Positions 11,478 through 21,500 of a stretch of 64,000 nt of DNA are shown piece after piece; the first letter of the stretch is position 1; each line of letters begins with the position of its first letter. The stretch covers positions 186,001 through 250,000 of the forward strand of contig JABVCE010000003.1 of assembly GCA_014905635.1 (NCBI GenBank), read 5' to 3'. A model generated the notes under the pieces. That model was not told the DNA's origin. It saw only the letters and a list, made by a program, of their open reading frames with translations, and made no database searches. Origin of the DNA: Scenedesmus sp. PABB004 (Eukaryota). The position numbers and the translations under genes are program-made.

Positions 11478-13750
11478 GTGACCACCAAGCCCAACAAGAA
11501 GACCAGCGGTGCGCAGCGGCCGCGCGCGCCGCGCGCGCGCGCGCGCGGGCGGGTGGTGCAACCATCCCCGCGCCCGCCGCCCACCCTGCCCCCACCGCCC
11601 GCCAGGCCCCAAGCCGGCCATGACGCCTGTGGGCCCTCCCGCTGTGGCGCTCGCGAGCGCCCCCATGCCCCGCGTGCTCATCGACACGACGACGCGCGCG
11701 CCCGGGCTGTACGTCGCCGCGGTCATCGCGCCGTGCCTGTTCTCGCAGGCGTGCGTGTCGGCGGAGCTGCTGCGCGCCGCCGAGGCCGAGGGCCTCGTCC
11801 CCGGCCCCGTGCACCTGGGCACCCCCAGCGGCAACGCGGTGCGAGCGCGCGCGCGCCGCGCGGCGGCGGGCGGCGCCTCTGCACCGCGCGCACGCCTTGC
11901 CCCGCCCGGCCCGGCCGCCGCCGACACATCCCTTCTCCCTGTGCCCCCCCCCCCCCCCCCCCCCAAACCTGCCCCGCGCGCCCAGGGCGCGCTCGCGATC
12001 GCGACCGACCTGGACGAGGCGCTGCGCGCCAACCCCGGCCTCGCGCAGGGGCCGGTGCTCCTCGCTGCGAACCCCGCCGCCATCAGGAAGTACGAGGTGC
12101 GGGCGCCGGTGTACGATGACCGCCCCGCGCCCGCGCGCCCGCACCGCCCGCCCACGCCGCGCTCAGGGCGTGCGCAAACCACTCGGTTTGCGCACTTCCA
12201 CTCGGTTTGCGCACTTCCTGAGCGCGGCGTGGCTGCTGATGGTGGAGGAGCTGACCGGCCTGGCCGAGGTGATGGGGGCGCTCGAGCGCTGGGCGCTGGG
12301 CGACGCCGGCATGACAGCGGCCAAGATGACCTCTCGCTCGCGCAGCCGAGGTGCTGATGCCGGTCGCCTCGCCGGCGCTGCGCCTGCGGCCGCCGGGCGA
12401 GGGCGAGACCGCGGGCGAGACCGCGGCGCGCCTGCGCGCGCTCGCGCCGCGCGCCTCCGCCGTGGCGCTCGCGGCGGAGGTGCAGGGGCTGGGCGGGGAC
12501 GCCCTTCGCTTCCCGTTTGCGGCGCTGGCCGACGCCCGCCGCCTCGGCCCGGGCTGGTGCGCCGCGGCGGCGCGCGGCATGCTCGGCGGCGCGCCGGCGG
12601 CGGCGGGGGCGGCGGAGGCAGAGGCGGCGGCGCCCGCTGCGGCGCAGCAGCCCGGCGCCTCGACGAGCGCTGCCGCGGCGGCGGGCGGCGCGGCGCCGGG
12701 CAGCCCCAGCCACGCCGCCGGCGGCGTGGCGGCCGCGGCGTCCACGCCGCCGCCGCCGGCCGCGCTGCGCCAGCGCCTGGACGCGGTCGGCACGGCCGCC
12801 GTCACGCGCCCCGTCGACGACCGGTCGCCGCGCACCGCGCACGGCGGCGCGGCAGCGCACGGCGCGGGCGAGCGCGGCGGCGGCGCGCCGGCGCCGGCGC
12901 GCCAAGGCTTCAAACCCCCGGTGCGCACGGGCGCGAGCGCGGGCGCCTCGGGCAGCGGTGCGGGGCCCGCGGCGCCGGCGCCGGCGGCGGCGCCGCCGCC
13001 GCAGCGGCACCAGCAGCAGCAGCAGCAGCAGCAGCCGCGCGCGTGCGCCGGGCTGTTCAAGCCGGCGGCGGCGCGAGGCGGCGCGCGCGCACGGCGCGGG
13101 CTCGCACGGCGGCGGCGGCGGCAGCGCGGGCAGCCACCGGCGGACGCCACAGCGGCCAGGGTGCGGCCTGGGGGGCCGCCGCGGCAGCGGCAGCGGCCGC
13201 GGCGCGCAGCGGCAGCGGCGCGCAGCGGCGGCAGCTCACCAGTAGTGCGTCGGCACAAACTGGATGCGGCGGCCGCCGTGCTTGGCCGCGCGGCGGACCA
13301 GGAGCTCGCACTGGCTCAGCGAGGAGTACATGGGCTGATACTCTGCGCGGGCGCGGCGCGGGGGCGACGGGGGGCGGGATGGCGGGAGCGCGATGGCGGG
13401 CGGCGTGAGGCGGCGGGGCGGCGGCGCAGCCGGGGCCGGGGCTGCAGCCGGCGCGCGAGGCGGGGCGGGGTGTCGCGGTGTGATGCAAGGCGGGGTGGGG
13501 CGCGGCGCGGCGGGGCGAGACGGGGCGCGGCGGGGCTCGCGGGCCGGCGGCGTGCGGCGAGTGTTTGCCCGCGCATGCTGCTGCGCTCCCGCCACAGCAG
13601 TTGTCGTAGTGCTGCCGAACTGCGCGGCAGGCTTTGGGCAGGTGTGCAAGCCTGTGCCCCTATGCCGTACGCGCTGCTTTGCCTCACCGCACCGCTCAGC
13701 GCCCCACTAAGGAGGCGCGCCCTGGCTCAGAACGTGTAACGGCGCGGCGT

Positions 13751-14315
13751 GGCCTGCGCCGCGGCGGCGGCAAGGACGGCGCGGCAGCGGCCGATGCTCC
13801 CGGCCCCTGGCGCCCTGGTCCTGGCGTGTCAGCGCTCGTCGTAGCGGCGGTGGACGGAGGGCAGTGCGTGGACGGAGGCGCTGTGGCGGACTGGCGTGGG
13901 GGCGCGGCGCGGTGGGCGCCCGCAGCCGCGCCCAACCCCGCCGCTGCACCGCGGCCGCCGCACGACCGCAGCCAGCATGCAGTCACCGCTGCTGGGCCCC
14001 GCGCCCGTGCTGCTGCTCAGTGCTGTTGCTGCTGCTGTCGACACCCATGGCCGCGAGCGGCAGCAGCAGCGGCGGCAGCAGCGGCGGCAGCAGCGGCGGC
14101 AGCAGCGGGCCAGCAGCGGGCGTCACGGCAGCGGCCCCGCGCCGCCCCAAAACATCACCACATCACTTTGCAACAACATTTTGCGTCCAAATGGGTCCAA
14201 AAGTGTTTAAAACGTCTGTCGCTGGCGGGATTCGAGCCCGCGTCTCCACGGCCACAACGTGGAATTCTAACCACTAAACTACAGCGACGGAAAACAAGAT
14301 GCGCTTCAGCCGCAA
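13751..14315 (-). repeat. Right arm of ~565-bp inverted repeat (partner 8393-8958), contains tRNA-His
   Basis: Reverse complement of the left arm; homology stops at ..cagccgcaa|ttaggg. Confidence 0.95.
14217..14288 (-). tRNA. trnH-GUG: tRNA-His(GUG), canonical copy
   Basis: GTCGCTGTAGTTTAGTGGTTAGAATTCCACGTTGTGGCCGTGGAGACGCGGGCTCGAATCCCGCCAGCGACA forms a full cloverleaf close to plant cytosolic tRNA-His. It has a downstream TTTT and an upstream TTTATATT element. Confidence 0.96.
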
Positions 14316-14475
14316 TTAGGGAATATAAATCTGTAGTATCAAAGCAGATTTTTTGCCGTCCAGGCCGATTTTCGCCCTGCCAGCCCCCCAGGAATGCTCG
14401 CCGGACCAACTCAGTTTTTTCAATATCGAGCCCGCGCGGGCCCGCCGGCGTTGTGCGCGCAATCGAAAGCAAATG
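14316..14475 (-). promoter_or_regulatory. AT-rich upstream region of the canonical tRNA-His, TATA-like element at 14322-14329
   Basis: AT-rich island in a very GC-rich background. TTTATATT lies about 35-40 nt upstream of tRNA +1 and is absent upstream of the left copy. Confidence 0.45.
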
Positions 14476-15078
14476 AAAGGAAAGCGCGCCCGCCTCGCGG
14501 CCCGCCCGTTGCCGCGGGCCCGCACGCCGCTGTGCACGAACAACAAGCACACAGCAGCTGGGAATGAGCCTCCCCCCGGCAGCGCCCCCCGGCAGCGCCG
14601 CTCGCCCGGGAGCCCAGCCAGCGGGCAGCACGCCGCCGCGCGCGCACCTTGAGCCGCCGCCGCACGCGCGGCTCACGCCACACGAGCGCCGCGCGGCGCG
14701 GGGCGCGGCGCGTGGGCCTCACCGGAGCTGCCGCCCAGGTGCCAAGCGCGCCGCGCCGGCCGCCGGCCGCGCACGCTCGACGCTGCTGCCCGCACGACGG
14801 GCCGCGACGGGCTGCAGCCGCGGCGCCCGTCCCCCGCTGCGCGCGTGGGCCGTCGAGGGGGTCGCCGGTGCGGCGCCCGAGTGACGCCGCGCCCGACTGG
14901 CCGTGGTCCGCGAGCCGGCAGTTGCGCTGACCCGCCCGCTCCGCGCCCGCGCGTCCCCTGCCCGCGCCTCCCCGGCCACGTCATTGAGGCAGCTTAAAAC
15001 GCTCGCTCAGGCGGCTGGCGGGCCGCCACGCGCTGCTGGAGCGGGCCCGGCCTCGCGGCGCAGCGCGGGAACGCGAGA

Positions 15079-16058
15079 ATGGCGCTCTCCTCGCCCTCCA
15101 AGCGCGCGGGGCCGGCCGTCGCTGGCGCGTCGCACCCCGACGTGGTTGGTCCGGGCGCCAGGTCGGCCCGCGGCGCGCCGGCCGCGCAGCTGCGGAGCTG
15201 GGCTGGCCGCCAGGCGCGCGCCGCTCGCGCCGCTCACGCGTGAGCGGCGTACGCCGCCGCCGGCCGCCGCCCCCCCCCCCTGGCCCAGGCGCTGCCTGCA
15301 GCTCGCTGCCAGCCCTCAGCGCCGCACACCGCACTCGCCGCCGCCGCGGGGCGGCGCCGCAGCGGCGGCGTGGCACCCGGGCGGCGAGGGCGAGCCGCCG
15401 CCGGGGTGCGGGCTGGCCGCGCTGGCGGCCAGCGCGGGCGCGGCGTGCGCGCTGCTGGCGGCGGCGCCGCCGGCGCTCGCGCGCGGCGACGCCGCCGCGG
15501 GCGCGCTGCCGGGGCGGCGCCCCGACGAGCCGGCGCCGCGCGCGGCGGGGCTGCAGCGCCCCGCGCCGCCGCCGCTGCTGGCCGGCGCCGCCGCGCCCGC
15601 GCGGGCGGGGGCGCCCGGCCTGGTGGCCGACGGCGGCGACGCGCTGCTGGGCGACTTGCGCGACGCCGCGGTCGCGGGGCTCTCGACGACCAGCATGGCG
15701 CCAGTGGCGTGAGCGGCGGGCGCTCTGCGCGCGCGGCCGCCGGCGCCGCCGCGCCGCTCGCTCGCTCGCGCGCGCCGCGCGCGCGCAAGACCTGGGCCGC
15801 AGCCGCCGACGCCCCCGCCGCGCCCGCCCGCCCGCAGGGGCCCCGTCGAGGGCGGCGGCGGCGCCGCCGCCGAGCAGGCCGCGCTCGCGGCCGGCCGGCG
15901 CGGGCTGCTGCACTGCGCGTGGGCCTGCTATTGCCGCGCCCTGGAGCGGCAGCCGCTGGCGACCAAGGTCTATACCGGCGTGGCGGGCACGCTGCTGGGG
16001 GACCTCGCGGCGCAGGCGCTCGCGCACGTGCAGACGCAGCAGCGCGCCCGCGGTAGTA

Positions 16059-16090
<32 letters not shown>

Positions 16091-16748
16091 TTTTCGTTTG
16101 ACGCGCCCCGCGCGGCGCGGCTCTGCCTCTACTCGGCCCTGATCGGCACGCCCATGGGGCACTGGTGGTACGACGTGCTCGAGGCGGCCGTCCTGCCGGC
16201 CACGCCCACCGCGCCCGCCGCGGTGGCCGCCAAGGTGGCGCTGGACCAGCTCGTGCAGACGCCGGCCGGCATGGCGATCTTCTTTGCTGCGATGAAGCTG
16301 CTGGAGGGCCGCCCCGGCGCGGCGCGGCAGGAGCTGCGCGCCAAGGCGCGGCGCGCCGCGCCGGCCGGGGGCCCCCGCGCGCGCGGCCGCGGCGCGGCGG
16401 CCCGCCGCGAGCCGCGCCCGCGCCGCCGCGTCGCAGATGCTGCCGGCGCTGGTGGCGAACTGGCGGCTGTGGCCGCTGGCGCAGGCGATCAACTTCACGG
16501 TCGTCCCGCCTGAGCAGCGCGTGCTGTTCGGCAACGCCGTGGGTGTTGTGTGGACGTGCATCATCTCGCGCCTGCAGCACCAGGGCAGCGAGGTCGAGGC
16601 CGGCGCCGGCGCCGGCGCCGGCGCGCACCCGGCCCGCCGCCCCCGCACGCCGCCCGCCGTGGCGCCGCCCCCGGCGGCGCTGCCCCCGGCCCCGGCGGCG
16701 GCGGCGGCGGCGGCGGCGCAGCGCCCCGAGACCCCCATGACCGCATGA
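15079..16748 (+). CDS. Mpv17/PMP22 family membrane protein with N-terminal extension
   Basis: WACYCRALERQPLATKVYTGVAGTLLGDLAAQ..FDAPRAARLCLYSALIGTPMGHWWY..KVALDQLV../..NWRLWPLAQAINFTVVPPEQRVLFGNAVGVVWTCIIS. Phase-consistent introns link back to ATG 15079; the start is less certain. Confidence 0.88.
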
Positions 16749-17071
16749 GCTGTGCCGGCGCGTGCCGGGCTCTCTGTGCATTCCATGTTTTTTGGTCGCC
16801 CGCTCGTGGGCTGCCGCTGCCGGCGGCGCCCTCGACGCCCTGTACCACACGCGCTCGCTGGGCCTGCCGGCCGCTGGCCGGGCTGGCCACACGACCCCAT
16901 CTGTGGCGCCCGATTTGTTCAGGCGCGCGGCCCCAATTTTGTCAGCACACGCCATTACAGGCACCCTCGCTCGCGCTGCCTGCGCCCGCGCCGCGCCGCG
17001 GCGGCTTTGCGAGCTGCCCCGCCGCTGCGCCGCGCGGCAACAACTTGCCCCCCCCCCTCTCGCGCAGCTGC

Positions 17072-18353
17072 CTAGTCCTGCCTCCCCGCGCGCAGCGCGT
17101 CCACGCTGAGCGCGCCGGGGCCCGCGCCCTGCGCCTGCATGAGCACCAGGCCGCCGGCGACCGCCACGTTGGCAAAGAAGCTCTCGCGCGCGGTCGCGCG
17201 CAGGGCCCAGCTCGGCCAGCGCCCGTCCCACCAGCTCCACGCGCTGACCGCATGCAGCAGCAGGGCCGCGGCCAACGCGCGCGCCACGACGCGCGTGCGC
17301 ACGCCGAGCGCGAGGGGCAGCGCCAGCGCGCACTGGCCCAGGAGCAGCCAGCTGTCGCGCGGGTCGGGGCGGCCGTAGTGTTGCGGGGCCCCCTCGCCGC
17401 CGCCAAAGCGCGCGGCCTCCGCGCGCGCGCGCATGCGCTGCACCTGGCGCGGCGGCGGCGCGCGGGCGGCGAGGCGAGGCGTGGGCGGCGAGGCCGCACG
17501 GCGCGAGCCGAGCAGCGCCGCCGGAGCGCCGGCGGCGCGCTACGCGCGCGCGCCTGGCTCCAGCCGGCGAAGACGAGCAGGGCGGCGACCATCAGGCGGC
17601 CGAGCAGCAGCAGGGTGCTGCGTCGCGCGCCGGGCCGGGGCGGCGCGTCGCTGGCGCGCAGCAGGCCCGCCGTGCGGAGCGCGCGCCGGCGCCCGTCAGT
17701 CAGCGAGTCGGCCAGCACCATCGCGGCGGCACCGACCAGCGCCAGCTGCTTCACCAGCAGCTCGGTCAGCCGCGCCCTGCGGCGTGCGGCGCGGGCTCGG
17801 GGGCAGCTGGGCGGCAGGGCACCGAGTCGCACACGTGCCGCCGCCGCCGTTCCGCAGGGGCGCTCACCCGTGCAGCAGCATGCCCTTGAGCAGCCGCCAC
17901 GTGAGCCACGCGTCTTTGCCGGCCGTCCAGGCCAGCAGCGCCGCCGCGCACGCCCACGGCGACCCCGGGTGCGCCGCGGCGAGCGCGGCGGGCAGCACGC
18001 CCAGCACGTGACCGAGCGGGAAGCGCACGCCGCCCGCCGCCGCGGCCTCGTCGGCCCAGCGCGCCACCGCGCGGTGTGCCTCCGGCGTGCGCAGGTGGCG
18101 CCACGCCTCGACCTGAGCGGCGCGGATGGGGCGGCGGCGCGCCCGCAACGCGGCGCGCTCGGCGGCGCGGGCGCTGCCGCCGGCGCCGTTCCCGCGCCGC
18201 GCCCGCGCCCGCGCGCCTCACCTCGCCCCACACCGCGTTAACGAAGTAGGCCGCCACCATCGCCCGCGCAGCAGCGCGCGCGCCGCCCGGCGCGAGCCTG
18301 GCGGCGAGCGCGTGGCGCGCGGCGCCCAGGTCGCGCGGGCGCGCGGCGGCCAT
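17072..18353 (-). CDS. SURF4/Erv29-DoxX-like membrane protein, 4 exons
   Basis: LLVKQLALVGAAAM, LLLLGRLMVAALLV and C-terminal ESFFANVAVAGGLVLMQAQGAGPGALSVD resemble SURF4 family motifs. No C-terminal KKxx. Confidence 0.7.
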
Positions 18354-18596
18354 CGCATCCGCTCGGCGTCACGGCGGCGAGGCACGACGTGTTCTGGGGA
18401 CGGACAGCGGCGCCGGCGCGGGCAGCGGCGGGCGGGGCAGCGGCTGGGGGCGGTCCAGCAGCGGCGGTCTAGCGAACCGCAGCCCGTTGCCACAGCGGGC
18501 TGAGATCGCTTGCAGAGCACGTTAAGGGCCGCGCTGCGGTCCGGCCGCCGCCGCCGGGCCGCGAGCAGCAGCCGGCGGCGGCAGCGCGCGCCCGCG

Positions 18597-21500
18597 ATGC
18601 CGCAGCTGCTGCTGGCCTCCAGCCCCAACTGGTGAGACGGGTGCTGACGCCACCCCCGCAGCCGCGCGCTCTGGGGACCCAGGCGGCCGCGGGGGCGGCG
18701 GCGGCAGCAGCAGCGGCGCCGGGCAATCGCGCAGCCGCCGCGCGCCAAAACCGCGCCAACCGCGCGCGCAGGGGCGCCTCACACGCCCTGGACGTCAGCG
18801 CCGATGGGATCGTGGCATACGCGAGCTACCACGCCGCGACGCTGCTCTGCGGCGAGCGCCGGCGCGCGCTGCGCTGCCTGGGCCCGCATAAGGCCAGGTG
18901 CGCGCACGCGCCCCCGCCGGCTCCCTGGCATTGGCGGGGCCAGGCCGCCCGACCCGGTGCGCCCGCGCGCGCTGCAGGGTGACGTGCGTCGCGTTTGTGC
19001 CGGCGGCCGCCAGCGGCGCCACGGTCGCGCAGCTGGTCCTGGGTTGCGAGGACGGCACCGCGCGCGCTTATGACGTCACGAGCGGCGCCTGCCTGGCGGC
19101 CTGCAAGGCCAAGGCCAAGTCGGAGCTCGCCGCGGTGGTGGTGCCGCGCTGGTGAGCGGCGCGCCCGGCGCCCGGGGGCGCGGCGGCAGCGGGCGGGCCC
19201 GCGCGCGCACGCGTGCGCGGAACCGCCCCTGCCGCGCCCAGACCCCGCCCCGGACGCGCCGCCTGCAGGCTGGGCGCCGGCGCGGTGTTTGGCGACGGCG
19301 CCGGGCGCGTGCTGCTGTGGGCGTTTGGCGGCGGCGCCGGAGGCAGCGCCAAGGCCGAGCTGCTGCACAGCTGCGGCGCCAAGGTGTTCTGCCTCGCGGC
19401 GGCGCCCGCAGCCTGGCACGGCGAGCGGCAACCGCAGCAGGTGGTCGCCGGCTGTGCCGACGGCAGCGCGGTGCTGCTTGACGTCGCGGCGCGCCAGCAG
19501 CTGGCGCGCTGGTCGGCGCACGCCGCGGCGGTGCAGAGCCTCGTGTGGCTGGCCGCCGCCCCGGCGCCAGGCCCGCAGCAGCAGGGCGACGGCGAGCAAA
19601 TAAGCGGCGCGCAGCAGCTGTCGACCTTCCTTCTCAGCGGCGCCGCAGACAAGTCAATAAAGCTGTGGCACCACGCGCTGCAGCCGGCGGCGGCAGCGGC
19701 TGCAGTGGCAGCGGCAGCGGCTGCAGTGGCAGCGGCAGCCGAGCCCGCCCCTGTGGGCACGGCGGCGGCGCCGCCAGACGCAGCGGAGGCAGCTGAAGCA
19801 GCAGCAGCAGCAGCAGCAGCCGCAGAAGTGCTCGCACATGTGCCAGCGCCACAGCTGCTGGCAGCGACCGTGGTGCAGCAGCGCGGCGGCGGGCAGCAGG
19901 CGCGCGGCGGGCACACGGCCATCCACCACGCAGCGCTGACGGCGCTGCCGGGCACGCTGGCGCCGGACGGCAGCTGCCTCGTGGCGGCGGCCGGCCACGG
20001 CGGCGGCGTGGTGCTGGTCAGCATGCGCGCCGGTGCGTGGGCAGCGCCCCGTGCGCCACCGCGTGCGTCGGTGCCCGCGGCGGCGCTCGCGGCATGCGCC
20101 CGCCCACTCTCGCCGCCCGCCCGCGCGCGCAGGCGACATGGGCTGCCGCTTCGCGCCGCTCAAGGCGCCCCACACGCGCACGATCTTCCAGCTGGCGGCG
20201 CTGCCCTCGGTGGCGCTCGAGCAGCAGGCACTGCACGTGGGCGGCGCCATGCTCGAGCACGGGCCCCGCGCGTTTCGGCTGGTGTCCATCTCCATGGACC
20301 GGGCCGTGGCGGTGTCGGAGGTGGTGCTGCAGCCAGCGCCGCAGCTCGGCGGCGGCGGCGGCGGCGCGGCCGCGCCGCAAGCAGGCCAGCAGCCGCCGCA
20401 GGCAGCCCCGCCGGGGCCCGACAGCTGCAGCTGGCGCAGGGGCGCCGGCGGCAGCGGCGGCGGCGGTGGCAGCGGCGGCGGCGGTGGCAGCGGCGGCGGC
20501 GGCCGGGACGGCGTGCTGCTGCCCGGCTGCACCCGGGGCGCGCCCGAGCTGCTCGCGCAGGGGTGCCGCGTGGAGTGGGCGTTCAGGGGGCTGGGCGGCT
20601 ACGCGTACGCGTGCGCGGCGCAGCAGGCGTTCCCCGACACGCTGCGCGCCGCGCCTCGCTTCACCCAGCTGCGCGTTGCCGTGGGCTGCGGCGACAAGAC
20701 CATCCGCCTGCTGTCGCTCGGCGTGCGCGCCGCGTCGCCCCGCGGCGGCCCGGACGCGGAGTGCGGAGCAGCGGGCAGCCCGCGCAGCGACAGCGCCGGC
20801 GCCCGGGAGGCGCCGCCCTGCAGCTGCAGCGAAGCGTCGCCGGACGCGTCGCCGTCGAGCCTGCTGTGGCGCAACCTGCAGGACAAGGTGCTGGCGGTGG
20901 CGTGGCACCCCACCAACCCACGTGCGTCCGGGGAACGGGGAGGAGGAGAGGGGACGTGGCCGCCGGCCGCGCCCGTGCGCGGTGCACGCACGCAGCGCAC
21001 GCGCCGTGCGTGCGCTCACCGCCCGCGCCCGCCGCGCCCGCCACCGCAGGCCTGCTGGCCTTTGGCTGCGCCGACGGCAGCCTGGGCGTGTTTGACGTGG
21101 CGGCCGACCAGTCGCGCACGTACAACAAGCGCCACGGCGGCCCCGTCACGCGCCTCGCCTGGCAGCAGCCCGACGGCGCGACGCTGCTCTCGCTGGGCGG
21201 CGAGGGCTGCCTGCTCGCCTGGGCGGGCCTCAGCCCCAGCAGCGGCGCGGCCGCCGCGGGCGCGCTGCCGGCGGACGTGGGCCAGCAGCTGCAGCTGCTG
21301 CGCGGCGACGGCGCGGCGGCGCAGGGCGTGCCCCCCGGGGGCGCTGGCGCGGCGCACGACGTTGTGTGGAGCACGTTTGCCGTGCAGCTCGGCAGCGAGG
21401 CGCTCGCCGCCGCCAGCACACGCGGCGAGTTGGTCGTGTGCCGGCGCGCTCCGGGCGGCGGCAGCGGCGGCGACTGGCAGCTGCTGGCCAGCGCCGCGAC

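Larger units (their letters stand above)
9330..13739 (+). pseudogene. Orphan multi-exon gene of unknown family, apparently disrupted (fold-back insertion with stop at 11435-11437, +1 shift near 12332); 3' end uncertain
   Basis: CATAAAG at ~9202, ATG 9330 and TGTAA at 13735. Phase-consistent GT-AG introns at 9768-9929, 10080-10235, 11509-11605 and 12098-12166, with GC3-rich codons in the exons. No recognisable domain. Confidence 0.55.

Noticed and set aside
14217..14288. C instead of T at tRNA position 54 and no encoded G-1
   Set aside because: GGCTCGAATCC is normal for plant cytosolic tRNA-His, and G-1 is added post-transcriptionally in eukaryotes.
8393..14315. Calling the inverted-repeat unit a DNA transposon
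   Set aside because: There is no target-site duplication (cacgggcag versus ttagggaat) and no transposase motif. It is kept only as a hypothesis in the findings.
14316..14352. Helitron-like 3' end on the minus strand (7-bp hairpin then CTAA|T), or hAT-like TAGGG start, at the repeat boundary
   Set aside because: The hairpin is short and AT-rich and no matching other end was found. It is more simply the tRNA upstream TATA region.
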